A model generated the notes under the pieces. The model worked only from the letters and a program-made list of their open reading frames with translations, searched no databases and had not been told where the DNA came from. This document shows positions 52,498-64,000 of a DNA stretch of 64,000 bases, one piece after another (positions within the stretch are counted from its first letter, which is position 1; every line of letters begins with the position of its first letter). Where the stretch lies: NCBI GenBank assembly GCA_004022145.1, contig RCNU01000001.1; one strand, written 5' to 3'. A program made the position numbers and the translations under genes. This stretch comes from Paecilomyces variotii. Its lineage: Eukaryota.

Positions 52498-54315
52498 ATG
52501 GCGTCTCACCAACAAGCGGGCTCCTCTGTACCGCCTTCTAGCATCAACTCTCCAGCCCCTGCATCCACCAACGGTCAAGAAACTAGCAACACAATGGCAG
52601 ACCATGCGAAATCATCTCCTGCTCCCTCCCTGGCAGCCGATAGTGCCAGATCCAAACGAAATAAACGCGATAGTCGCAAAAAACGCGAGGCAAAAGGCCT
52701 TGATCAGGACAATATGCCCCCTAAAAAGAAAGCCGTCATTGCTCACAGCTCAGCTGTCCCCTCTTCTGCTCTTTCGATCCTTCGTCCTATGCTCCTTGCC
52801 GATCCTCGTCCCTCTGACCTCCTACCCGCGCAGCCCCGTCATCTGAACTTTGTGTATCAGAAGACTTCTGATGTCCTCAACCAGAGTTGGCGTTTCTACG
52901 AAGTCGTCGATAAACTCACAAACAAGAACGGCTTCCGTTACAGCTATGCCGTTGCCGATCCCGGATTTCCACACATCAAGTACCGCCAAACTGATGTCCC
53001 GCCTTATCATGCTCGATTCAGCTTTGAGGATTCTCCTGCTGCGATCACCTTCACCCAAGATGCTTTGGCCGTTACGACCAACGAGCCCTGGCACACTGCT
53101 CGTGCCAACGTCTGTGCAAGAGAGGGGTCTTATTATTACGAAGCTCGCGTCGTGAGTGGCATCGTCGATCCAGCACGGCGTGTGTCGAGCGCTGGTTCTG
53201 ACTCCACGTCTCGCGGACATGTTCGCCTCGGTTTTGCACGGCGTGAAGCTGAACTCGACGTCAACGTTGGGGTTGACTGCTATGGTTACGGCATACGTGA
53301 CGTGAATGGCGAAGTTGTCAATCGGATGCGCTGCGAGTATTTCTTCCCCAAGGGAGAGGCCATTCACGAGGGCGACGTGATAGGCATGCTTATTACTCTT
53401 CCACCTCTCTCCCTCCACAAGAAAGTCGTCGAAGGCACCTATGACCCCGCTGTCGATGGCGATGGCAAGAACCTCCACTCTGACCAACCTTACTATACCA
53501 ATATGATCCGCGACCGTATCCCATTTCACCTCAAATCAGATTTCTGCTGGCAACAGTCCAATATCTTCCCAACCAAACATCTTCGAGACTACGCATTCAA
53601 CCTGAAGGAGACCCCCACCTTCGGCCCACCATCACCTCTGAACAGCGAAGATCCGTCTCTTCGTACCCTGCCTGGTTCTAGCATCACTATCTTCAAGAAT
53701 GGCGTCAAGATGGGTACGCCTTTCAAAGAGCTCTACGCCTTCCTTCCGCCCGCCAGTCGACTGGCCAACGGGTCGAACAACCTTGGTATTGGCGAAAGAG
53801 AAAATGCAGACGATGGCATGATTGGGTACTTCCCCGCCGTCAGCTGCTATGGGGGAGGTGCGGTGGAATGTCGTTTCGAAGGACCCTGGTGGGTTGGTCC
53901 CCCTTCAACCACGGAGGACGGCCAGCCGATCCGTGCTATTGGAGAGAGATTCAACGATCAGATCGTGGAAGATGTCCTCGCTGACATCATTGATGAAGTC
54001 GAAGCTATGTTCCTGTGGGGTGGCCTGGAGGGAGACATTGTCGCGCGCAATACGGGCTTTGACGGTCAGGGAACCGGTGGCATTGGAGGCGCGGATGTGG
54101 CTAACGGCGGCGTGGGAGCCGTTTACCAGGCTGCTGCCGCATCATCTACTCGCTCTGCGCCTGCGGATGGGGACCATGATGAACCTGCCGGTCATCATCT
54201 CAGTCATATCGGTAACGAAGATGGAATGAGCGTGGACGCAGTAAGCACGCCAGACGCCGGTCCTGTGGGCGCAGGAGTTGATGGCGCAGATGACAAGGAT
54301 GTTGAGATGACCTGA
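52498..54315 (+). CDS. cclA: COMPASS/Set1C subunit Bre2/Ash2 (SPRY domain)
   Basis: NKNGFRY, WHTARANVCAREGSYYYEARV, HVRLGFARREAEL..VGVDCYGYGIRD, GDVIG, FKNG, GYFPAVS. Confidence 0.93.
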   Translation: MASHQQAGSSVPPSSINSPAPASTNGQETSNTMADHAKSSPAPSLAADSARSKRNKRDSRKKREAKGLDQDNMPPKKKAVIAHSSAVPSSALSILRPMLLADPRPSDLLPAQPRHLNFVYQKTSDVLNQSWRFYEVVDKLTNKNGFRYSYAVADPGFPHIKYRQTDVPPYHARFSFEDSPAAITFTQDALAVTTNEPWHTARANVCAREGSYYYEARVVSGIVDPARRVSSAGSDSTSRGHVRLGFARREAELDVNVGVDCYGYGIRDVNGEVVNRMRCEYFFPKGEAIHEGDVIGMLITLPPLSLHKKVVEGTYDPAVDGDGKNLHSDQPYYTNMIRDRIPFHLKSDFCWQQSNIFPTKHLRDYAFNLKETPTFGPPSPLNSEDPSLRTLPGSSITIFKNGVKMGTPFKELYAFLPPASRLANGSNNLGIGERENADDGMIGYFPAVSCYGGGAVECRFEGPWWVGPPSTTEDGQPIRAIGERFNDQIVEDVLADIIDEVEAMFLWGGLEGDIVARNTGFDGQGTGGIGGADVANGGVGAVYQAAAASSTRSAPADGDHDEPAGHHLSHIGNEDGMSVDAVSTPDAGPVGAGVDGADDKDVEMT

Positions 54316-54933
54316 CCGTGGCAACCATCTTTCAGTGGTCACATCCCTTGAATAGTCCCGGGGCACATCCTCTCTTAATATTGTCCTCTACAGCATCTCG
54401 CTCTCATTTTCAGTCTGGTCTCTTCGGAAAAGGCTATCTGGCCGCTCCTGGTTGTTAAAAATGGTGTTGGTTTTGCTCTCCATGGGAATAGATGGCTTAC
54501 GGGATACCTTTTCAAGAGCTTGTTTTTTAACTGCTCCTTTTCAGCAAAGTGATGTGGCTTTCACATTGTGCTGTACGATTACGGATTATGGATTTGGTGG
54601 TTTTCTTCTATTCCCCTGTATGTATGTACGCGAATATGTTCTCAAGAAAAAGCCGCGTTTGGACTTTTCCAATCCTCCTTTTACCTTCCAGGAATAGTCC
54701 CTTGCAGTGATCAGGTAGCTATTATAGCTATCCTCTAACTGTCATTGTAATTTGATATCAGGTGACATTCTTAATCATACATCGAGGCTGATTAAACCTC
54801 AGAAGAAAAAGTTCCCAGCTGCAGCCAGCCTGCAGCGATAACTAACACTGTACACATACAATCTAATCCAAGCCCAGCCAAGCCAAGCCATGGAGATAAA
54901 TATTCATCATAGACAAAACGTGAAACTTCGACC

Positions 54934-56687
54934 TTAATCCGTTCTCGCATCTTCTAATATATTACCGACTTTCATCACCAGGTCGTCATCGCCGAATTGG
55001 CCGATTACCTGAATACCGATCATGTCTGTGCCGTGCTCGTTTTCGGGGTTGCGGATAGGCACGGATATGGCTGGTAATCCGGCCAAGCTTGCAGGAACGG
55101 TGAAGACGTCGTTGATGTAGGCGTTGACGGGGGGGATGTTGGGGTCTGTTAGGGAGGAGAGGTGTGGGGGGTACGAAGGAGCGGTGGGGGAGATGAGGAC
55201 GTCCACGCCGAGATTGTCTGGGTGTTTTTGGGGAGTTGGTTCCGCTGTGGAGGTTTGGGAGGAGGAGGATGAGGAGGGAGAAGAAGCAAGCGGATTAGGC
55301 CGGGTGAAGGTATTATCAAAGTCGTTCTGGACGAGACGACGGACTTTCTGAGCTTGGATGAAGTAATTGTCCATCGCGTGGGCGCTTAACGTGAAGGCTC
55401 CGAGCAGTATTCGTCTCTGGACCTCTGGGCCGAATTTATCTCCTCGCGTGCGGGCGTAGAGATATCCATCGGGGTCACCTCCGCTGTCTGGGCCTTCTGC
55501 GCGACTGCCGTAACGGATACCGTCGTATTTGGCCAGGTTGGAGGATGCCTCTGCCGGGGCAATGACATAGTATGCTGATAGCGCCAGCTTTGTTGCCGGT
55601 AGAGAAACTGGATGGATTGTGTGGCCTTGTTTTTGAAGATGGCGCAGGGATGAGAGCCAGGCATCACGGACAGGCGGTGCTAGTTCAGAGATGTTGTATT
55701 CGACAGGGACACCCACTCGAAGGGGCCGCGAGACTAGCCGCTTCGACAAGGACGACTCAGCTAGCTGATCTATGATTCGGGAGCGTGTCGATTGTGAGAG
55801 ACTTGTAGGATCTCGAGGTTCATGGTAGTTGAGAACATCTGGAGTCATGTAAGCAGACTTGACTTGTTACAGCCAGATCTGGTTTTCATGAAGGGACAGA
55901 CATACCAAAGACCTCGCGCACTGCAGCTGTATTCCTGGCAATAATACCAACTGTATCGAGAGAATTTGCATAGGGAACCACTCCCCATCGCGAGATGAGC
56001 CCGTATGAGGGCTTGAAGCCCACCGTTCCAGTATAAGCGGCCGGAAGCCGTACTGAACCACCAGTATCCGTTCCCAAGGCCCTAAGATGATCTTAGCAAT
56101 AGCAACTAGAAGCAAGTAATGACATCAAGCAGAACATACGCATAACATTGCTCCGTAGCAACCGCAACAGCACTGCCGCCAGAGCTTCCACCCGCAGATA
56201 ACTCATGACCGCCATCCTTCCGATGTTGCTTAACTGGACCGAACCAGGACTGTGTCGAATGAGACCCCATGCCAAATTCATCAAGGTTCGTCTTCCCTGC
56301 AACTACCGCTCCTGCACTGCCTAACTTCTCAACGACCGTTGCGTTGAAGGGGCTGTTGAACTTTTCTAGGATCCCCGAAGCGCATGTGGTCGGTAAGTCG
56401 CGCGTGCAGATGTTATCTTTCACAGCGACGAGTTTTCCGTCGAGGGGAGAGCGTGGATTTCCTTAATCACCATCAAAATTCAAATTAGCAACGATCTCCT
56501 TTTGAAAGAGAACATTAGGAATGAGGACGTAAGAGCTCCCCTCCTTACCATGCTGTCTCCGCGCATCCGCATCCCTCACGGAGTCCAACCACGGACCGGA
56601 GCGCTGCAACGGCGTGATGAAGGCATTGAGGCCAGCATGTTTCTGCTGGTTAACGATGCATCTTTCTGCCTCGCGCAGGACAGACAT
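54934..56687 (-). CDS. gatA: Mitochondrial glutamyl-tRNA(Gln) amidotransferase subunit A
   Basis: [64 protein letters not shown]; 3 introns. Confidence 0.93.
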
Positions 56688-57534
56688 TTATTTATGCCTG
56701 GGGATATATCGCTTAGATGAGGTTTACACTTGCATTTCTTTCTCCCGCAGCGGAGATGGAGAGTCCAGTCCGCGCGTGGTCCGTGCATCGAGCCTTTGGT
56801 TGGTTGGAGTATGTATTTAGTAGTTATGGTAAACTGCGAACTACAGCAGAAGTTAAGGAGAGGAACTGTCAATTAAACAGCTACACGTTAAGAAGGAAGA
56901 ATTAGTATTACACTAGATAGAATTGTGTGTGGTGAGTCCTCCTGAATCTCGTATGACCTGCCTGTACTTGAACACACAATGGGCAAATATCTATATTTAA
57001 CCCAACAAATGTCCGTTTGGACGGCAGCTGTGGCATTGAGACTGATTATTTTGCTCCTAACTAGTCCTAGATGTCCAATGTCATCTGCTGCATGGCAACT
57101 GGACCGGGAGACGTCAAGACTAGCTGCGAAAGGATGGAAGAAGATCAAGAGCCGGAATAACAATAGAAACATCCATATACACACGCAGTATAATTACATA
57201 TCAAAATAAAACCATCCCCCGTCTCCACAGTGGCCAAACATGTGCCTATATTAATAATATCAAACGGACTAGTTAGTTATCGCATTGTCTAAGTAACTAA
57301 CTTACCTCGGGTGAGCAGATCCCTTAAGCGACCGGTAGTTAGAAAAGCAGACAACGTCATCCCGGCTATGGAGAAGCTTCGCTCCGCCTTCCGCTAAATA
57401 AATAATGATATGAGCGAGTCGTTGCTCCAGTCGCTGCTCCAGACCAGACCATCATAGTTAAGACTCGAATCCATCTTTCTCTCTCGCATTCGTGGTCAGT
57501 GAACATTGGTTACTTATATCTCCCAACAGTCACC

Positions 57535-58866
57535 ATGTTCTCTCGGGGCGCGCTTCGAACTGCTGCGAACAGGGTCCGCAGTGTCCCAGCAGCTCCCTTC
57601 GGTTTGGGATCTCCTCTGACCCGAACATGTCTGGAGCCAACCCGGAGGGCGGTTGCTGGTCAATCGATCGAGGGTCGCAGATTCGTCTCTGCATACGGCT
57701 ACCAGCAGGCCAAAGCTCTGGTCTACTCGAAGTATGGAGAGCCGAAAGACGTGCTCAAGTATGTGTGCCTGCGACAGCAATCAACGTTTTGGCGGGGATA
57801 GCGTGCTAACATGATCCTCGAAACGATTTCTAGGCTCCATAAGCACTCAATTGCCCCTCCTCATGGGTCGCAGGTCACCCTCCGTCTGCTAACTGCGCCG
57901 CTGAACCCCGCGGATATCAACCAGATTCAGGGCGTCTACCCCAGCAAACCACCCTTCGAGACCACGCTGGGCACGAGCGAGCCGTCCGCCGTCGCTGGAA
58001 ATGAGGGTGCCTTCGAAGTCATCGCAACCGGTTCCGGCGTCAAGAACCTCAAGAAGGGCGACTGGGTGATCATGAAGCGCACGGGGCAGGGCACCTGGCG
58101 AACACACGCCCAGATGGACGAGTCGAAGCTGATCAAGGTCGACAAGGAGGGTTTGACTCCCCTCCAGGTCGGTACCGTCAGCGTCAACCCCGTGACTGCC
58201 TACCGCATGATCAAGGATTTCTGTAACTGGGACTGGCTGCGCGCTGGAGAGGAGTGGCTGATCCAGAACGGCGCCAACAGCGGCGTCGGACGCGCTGCCA
58301 TCCAGCTGTCGCGGGAGTGGGGGATCAAGACTCTCAACGTAGTTCGAGACCGACAGACCCCCGAGGAGACGGAGGCGTTGAAGAAGGATCTGTATGAATT
58401 GGGCGCTACGGCCGTCGTGGCCGAGTCGGAGCTGCTTTCGAGCAGCTTCAAGGAGATCGTCAATGAGCTCACCCGCAAGGGCAAGGAGCCCATCCGGCTG
58501 GGTCTCAACTGCGTCGGTGGTAAGAACGCCACGGCACTGGCTAAGGTTCTTGCTCCCGGATCGCAGCTTGTCACGTACGGTGCGATGTCCAAGCAGCCAG
58601 TGGCCCTGCCGTCCGGACTTTTGATCTTCAAGGATTTGGTCTTCAGCGGCTTCTGGGTGAGCAAGTGGGGAGACAAACACCCTGAGTTGAAGGAAGACAC
58701 CATCAACGACGTGCTTCGTCTGACGAGGGCTGGCAAATTCAAGGACATCCCCGTCCAGGAGGTCAAGTGGACCTTTGACAAGGGCGAAACCGAGCTGGCA
58801 GAGGAGGTGAACGGTACCCTGGGTGGTTTCCGCAGTGGAAAGGGTGTGTTTGTCTACGAAGAGTAA
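57535..58866 (+). CDS. etr1: Mitochondrial enoyl-ACP (2-enoyl thioester) reductase
   Basis: Arg-rich presequence; APLNPADINQIQGVYP, GNEG, GTWRTH, VNPVTAYRM, QNGANSGVG, VTYGAMS; one intron. Confidence 0.93.
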
Positions 58867-59016
58867 ATTAATGCCTGATAGTTTCTGTAAGATTACAGTT
58901 GGATCTTGTTGGAAATCTCGACGTGGTTCTTATGTATATTCTGTCGAGCTATGCTATGGTCGTCTACACTTCTGCACGTAACAAAGTTGTGTTATACTGA
59001 AGTTACAGTGACCCAT

Positions 59017-60939
59017 CTACTGTTCGCATTGCCAGTTCTTTTGGATCCAACTGAGAATCGTGCTGGTTAGTGTCTTCCCTGCCATGTAGACTTCGGCATC
59101 CTTTTTGAAGTCTACATCCAGCCCGGCGAACTTGGCCGCAATCGTCACGTACGGCTCGATAAAGTCAAGATAGACGAGATCTACAGTCTCAGGCTCGGAC
59201 GAACCCTGAGAAGGGCCCGGCACAAAAGCCTGGATACAGTTAGGAACGCGGTAGAAGGAAATTGGCGAATGGACGGTATCATCGCCATCATCGCCCGCAT
59301 CGTCATGTGTCGTGTAGCCAGGAACCAGTTCTGGCTCCGAGTCTGCGGAAAGCGGAACTTGAGATGCGGCTCTCCCCACGTCGATTGAGGTCGCCGCATT
59401 GAAGTCTTCATACTGTACGTCATGGGCGAAGGCCAACTGCTCTGGAGGGGTCAGAGGAACCCTCCGGGCATCATTGGAAGATGCCTCTGTGAAAACTTGA
59501 GGCTGCTTATTCAAGACCTCCACAACCTTTTGGGCAGTATTGTAAGGGACGTCCTTCACATACCGGAACCCACTCGTGAACGGGGACACAATGTAGACAT
59601 CGTCCTGCGTAAATGGTCCCTTGAAGATGTCAAACCTGATAGCACCCGTGTTGATTATGGCCAGTGCGGGTTTGTCAGCTCGGGAGGCATCGTGCACTGA
59701 GCCGGGGAGGACATCCTTCTCCAACCAAGTGTAAATGCTGTCTTCACTTGGATACTTGGCACGAGTCATCCAAAGATCTTTGGGCGCGCAACCATGCACC
59801 AGATCAAGATGAAGTGCGCGCCGGGATTCTTCAATCAGACGGGATACATTCTGCCCATGTGCAGTGGGGAACGTATCTGCGTCCAAGCCGGTATGGTGAT
59901 AGTAGGAGAAGAGGTTGTTGTCAATATATTTACGGTTGAAGCTGGGCGTCTTCGAACTGGGATTGGCAGCAGTAGAGAGACCATCGATAGACATGAATCC
60001 AACGGTCTCCATGAAGCGGCCGCTGGCCAGGCCATATGCCTGAGCATCGTACTTGACGTAGTCTCGGATATGCCAGTGGCCACCGAAGAATTGAATGGGA
60101 GTGTCCCATCGGATACTTCGGATCTCCTTGAATATCGCCAGATATTCCTTCGAGCGGACCGGAACATGACCTGCCACCAAGAATAAATCGACATCCTTAT
60201 CCCGGATGGCCTCCTGAAACCAGTCCTCTTTGATCGTCTCCTCCACTGGCTGTACTACCGTGTTGTTGGCGTTGCCCGTAAAGTCAAATAGGAAGCCGAA
60301 GGCGACAATCCGAATTCCCTGGTTTTTGGTGGTAAATTTCTTGAATCGGGGAGCCAAGGGGACCAATTGTTGGGTCTGGGGGTCGTAAATATCGATGTTC
60401 GATGCGAGATAGTTTCCTCTGAAATTAGGAACCGTGGTCAAGAACTCGGCTTCGGAGGTGTTTTGCTTGTAAAGCTCGTGGTTCCCGGACGAAAGGAGAT
60501 CGATGTGCTGATGCTTCAGAATTTCCGCTGTATAAATTCCCTTCGGTTCCGACGAGTCGTACAGGCCGTTCCCTTCCACACGATCGCCAGTATCGATCAC
60601 CAACAGATCCCATCCTTGCGCCTCCGCCTTCTCCCGCATGTGAGTCGCGAACGAGACATAATCACCCCAATCGGCCGAGAACGACGGCCTGCAGCTCTAC
60701 GGTCAGCCGCAGTCAACCACCGGAAGTGAAGAGGAAAGGTCACGGACGAGCTCCAGATGGACATACTCTTGCAGATGGCCGGCCAGCCAGCCGTGGGTAT
60801 CAGTAGTGTGGAGGAAATTGAGCTGGCCCCATGTCAAATCCCGCAACGGCGCGGGGATAGGGTCGGATGCGGAAGGCTGGGATGCGAGAACAGCAGTTGC
60901 GAGCGAAAGGAAGATGGAGGAATAACAAAACATGTTCAT
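59017..60939 (-). CDS. Secreted calcineurin-like metallophosphoesterase / 5'-nucleotidase-like protein
   Basis: Signal peptide; [19 protein letters not shown] and GGHWH metal ligands; one intron. Confidence 0.88.
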
Positions 60940-61504
60940 GGACGATGAAGGAGATCAGAAGGAGAACGAGAACAAGAACAAGACCAGCTCGAACACACAA
61001 TGCCTGATAAGAGATCCCCAGTGATATCAGACGGGGAGGAATGAATTAAGGAAGGGAGAGAGAAGGAAAGCATCGCATATCAGCGGAAGCTCCGTTCGGG
61101 ATGGGGAACTTGGGAGGAGAGCTCGACAGTCCGAGGTCCGTCGTATGGTACGGTAACATACACAATAGCCGGGTTGCGAGGGGGGACAATGCGGGCGGGA
61201 GTGTTGACATCGGGCGGGTAAATACGGGTACGGAACGGTAAAAAGACCAGGCCATGCCGGTGAGCGTATACAGAACGCTTAGTCAACGCTGGCCCAACAG
61301 ACTCGCGCTTCTCAAGCAACAACGATAAGTCGAACTTCGACTCTATCTCGGCCGGTTTTCCTCTCTTCTTCTCTTCCTTTCTTTCTCGTGCGCGCGAGCC
61401 TTTCTCCTCAGCCGGTCTTTGCTCCGTTCCTTCGTCTTCCAAGGAGTCAATCCCCCTCCGGTCTATCCAGTCGCGCCCTCTCCGCTCTGGTGTCACCACT
61501 CATC

Positions 61505-62828
61505 ATGGCTGCTCCCCGATTTTTCCGCCCAGCAGCTCCCCTGCTTTCCTCTCGTCTTGCTTCCTCCTTCGTCCGTCACTCTGCTCGTCGATCGGCCTGT
61601 GCGCCATCGATCTTCAGCCCGAGGCAATATGCTACTGAGAGCGGCACCAAGGAAGTCACTGTCCGAGATGCGCTGAACGAGGCCCTAGCGGAGGAACTGG
61701 AGAGCAACCCAAAGACCTTCATTCTGGGTGAGGAGGTTGCACAGTACAACGGCGCGTATGGCTCCCTTTCTGGTGCTGCATGCGCACAATTGGATTCCTG
61801 GCGACGGCGCTGACACAACTTTCTTGTCTAGATACAAAGTTACTCGAGGTCTATTAGACCGTTTTGGCCCCAAGAGGGTTATTGACACTCCTATCACCGA
61901 GGCTGGTTTCTGCGGTTTGGCCGTCGGTGCCGCTCTGGCTGGATTGCACCCGATTGTAAGTTCAGCGATCGACTGGAAGCTCTGGTGATACAGTGTTTCT
62001 GACAAGATATGTCGGCCAGTGCGAGTTCATGACGATGAACTTTGCCATGCAAGCCATCGATCACATCATCAACTCTGCCGCTAAGACTCACTACATGTCT
62101 GGTGGTATCCAGCCCTGCAACGTTACTTTCCGTGGACCTAACGGCTTCGCTGCCGGTGTCGCCGCCCAGCACTCCCAGGACTACTCCGCCTGGTATGGTA
62201 GCATTCCCGGTCTCAAGGTCCTGGCTCCCTGGAGCGCCGAGGACGCCAAGGGTCTTCTGAAAGCTGCTATTCGGGACCCCAACCCTGTGGTTTTCTTGGA
62301 GAATGAGTATGTGCTCAATTAAGTCCCAGATGATCTCGAGTGCTGACCACAGATAGGCTCATGTACGGTCAATCCTTCCCCATGAGCGAGGCTGCTCAGA
62401 AGGACGACTTTGTGCTGCCCATCGGCAAGGCCAAGATTGAGCTTCCTGGAAAGGATCTCACTATTGTTTCTCTCTCCCGTTGCGTCGGACTGTCGCTCAA
62501 TGCCGCCGCCGAGCTCAAGCAGAAGTACGGAGTCGAGGCTGAAGTCATCAACCTCCGCTCGATCAAGCCCCTCGACGTCGAGACTATTATGAAGTCCTTG
62601 AAGAAGACTGGCCGCCTCATGGCCGTCGAATCCGGCTTCCCTATGTACGGTGTTTCATCCGAGATCCTGGCTCTGGCCATGGAGTACGGCTTCGACTACC
62701 TGACTGCCCCTGCCGTCCGTGTTACCGGTGCCGATGTCCCCACCCCCTACGCTGCCAAGCTGGAGGAGCTGAGCTTCCCTCAGCAGGATACGGTAGTCGG
62801 CCAGGCCGTCAAGCTGCTGCGGTTGTAG
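61505..62828 (+). CDS. pdb1: Pyruvate dehydrogenase E1 beta subunit
   Basis: [54 protein letters not shown]; 3 introns. Confidence 0.97.
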
Positions 62829-63400
62829 ATGGGAGCGCAGGAGGAGTCAAGATCTATTAATATATTGTCATGTGCCCAGTACCCTTTCATTTTTCACTAG
62901 TCAAGCCTGAGGAATTGTACGACTAGAACGTTCTACCAATTTTACATCCCTCACCACTTCTAATGACCGAATGAGGTTCCCTGTGTTGGTTCACATGTAT
63001 CTGTTCATCAAACATCATGCATGGATTTCCTTCTGCGAGCGACTGGCTGGGTCACATACGATCCGATGTGGCCATTTCCAGACCCCTCCAGTAGCCTGTT
63101 TGATATGACTCCGGCGGGTTGAGGTGTTTCGGGCGTGTCAACCCGCTGCGTTTTCCAATGCATCGACTATTTCCGAGGAGATCGATCAGACATGCTGACT
63201 GGAGCGTATATCGTCCCCTGAAAGCGCTTGGCTCTCAGTGCAGTGGAGCGCTTCTGTGGATCACCGGAGATATCGCTCGTAAGCTCGAATTTGGGGGCTC
63301 AGCGGGTATGTGAAACCCCTTTCCCTATCAATTCCAGTGGTTCCTCATGTGCCCGTATCGCCTCCACGCGACTTTGCTCGTCGTATATTCTGTAGTAAAT

Positions 63401-64000
63401 TCATGAAACAGTAACTCCGTTCATACCTGCGCACCCAACTGGACAGTCCGTAGGTCTTCTCGGGTCATAATACTCCTCATCCGTATCACTTTCCGCATCG
63501 ACATCCACTTCCTTCACCTGGGATGACCTGGCACGATCTCGCACATCTGCCGATGTACTTTCATCCTCGTCATCATCAGCCAACACATTTTTCTTCACTG
63601 GAGGCGCCGGAGCAGCCGGTCCCTTGACGGTGGTGAACGAGCTCTTGAATCCCCCCTTCTTAAAGCCACCACCGGTCCCCGTCTTCGTTCCCGCACTTGT
63701 CTCTTTCGTATCGACAACGCGTAATCCAGCTTCCTCGTCTGCCTTCCTTGCATCCTGTTTAGCTCTTTCTGCCGCGTTTGGATCGCGCGAGAGCTGTTTC
63801 AGATCCCGTAGGCGCTTGCGGTGTTGGTGGTCATAGGATCCAATATGTGCTTCGTACTCGGGATGGCGCGAGTAGGACTTATTGCAAAGTGTGCAGGTGA
63901 AGGAACTCAGTGCTGATCGCGCGGAGTCAGTCTGGAAAGGGTTAGCTATCGAGAATGCGCGCGGGAATCCGTTGGGATGGTTGAAAGGTACCTTTGGTGC
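63401..64000 (-). CDS. C2H2 (matrin/jazz-like) zinc-finger protein, 3' part; start lies outside the window
   Basis: Exon 63931-63401 reads FTCTLCNKSYSRHPEYEAHIGSYDHQHRKRLRDLK...GGGFKKGGFK; intron 63932-63991. Confidence 0.8.
   Translation of the reverse strand, partial: APKVPFNHPNGFPRAFSIANPFQTDSARSALSSFTCTLCNKSYSRHPEYEAHIGSYDHQHRKRLRDLKQLSRDPNAAERAKQDARKADEEAGLRVVDTKETSAGTKTGTGGGFKKGGFKSSFTTVKGPAAPAPPVKKNVLADDDEDESTSADVRDRARSSQVKEVDVDAESDTDEEYYDPRRPTDCPVGCAGMNGVTVS

Noticed and set aside
52822-53529. 235-aa minus-strand ORF
   Set aside because: Antisense shadow of the cclA SPRY region
57889-58781. Long minus-strand ORFs (263 and 193 aa)
   Set aside because: Antisense shadows of etr1

Overview
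Intron-containing DNA of a filamentous ascomycete; the gene content resembles Eurotiales (Aspergillus/Paecilomyces-like), which is my inference. About 27 protein-coding loci can be supported. Most are conserved housekeeping genes: aromatic amino-acid decarboxylase (5' part outside the window), BNR/GH93-like propeller, GNAT, secreted catalase, acid trehalase, Nse1, DAO-family oxidase, SDR, NC2-beta, Arp9, Kin17, MFS, Aim6-like, Did2, HacA with its 20-nt Ire1 intron, bystin, CclA/Bre2, GatA, Etr1, 5'-nucleotidase-like, PDH E1-beta and a partial zinc-finger gene. Three accessory-looking islands interrupt this backbone. (1) At 10.7-14.5 kb there is a P450 plus a Copia gag-only remnant with a PPT and LTR, bracketed by an inverted LTR copy and further nested LTR-like pieces. 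(2) At 21.7-23.0 kb there is an orphan membrane-anchored coiled-coil gene built from 96-bp and 42-bp tandem repeats. (3) At 47.1-52.4 kb there is a divergent pair of HxxxD acyltransferase homologs, one with an in-frame TGA at codon 31. It is followed by a 3-exon C2H2-like gene that stops about 110 bp before cclA and shares cclA's start context. Exon boundaries were read by eye from GT/AG and branch motifs. No tRNA, rRNA or CRISPR array was found.
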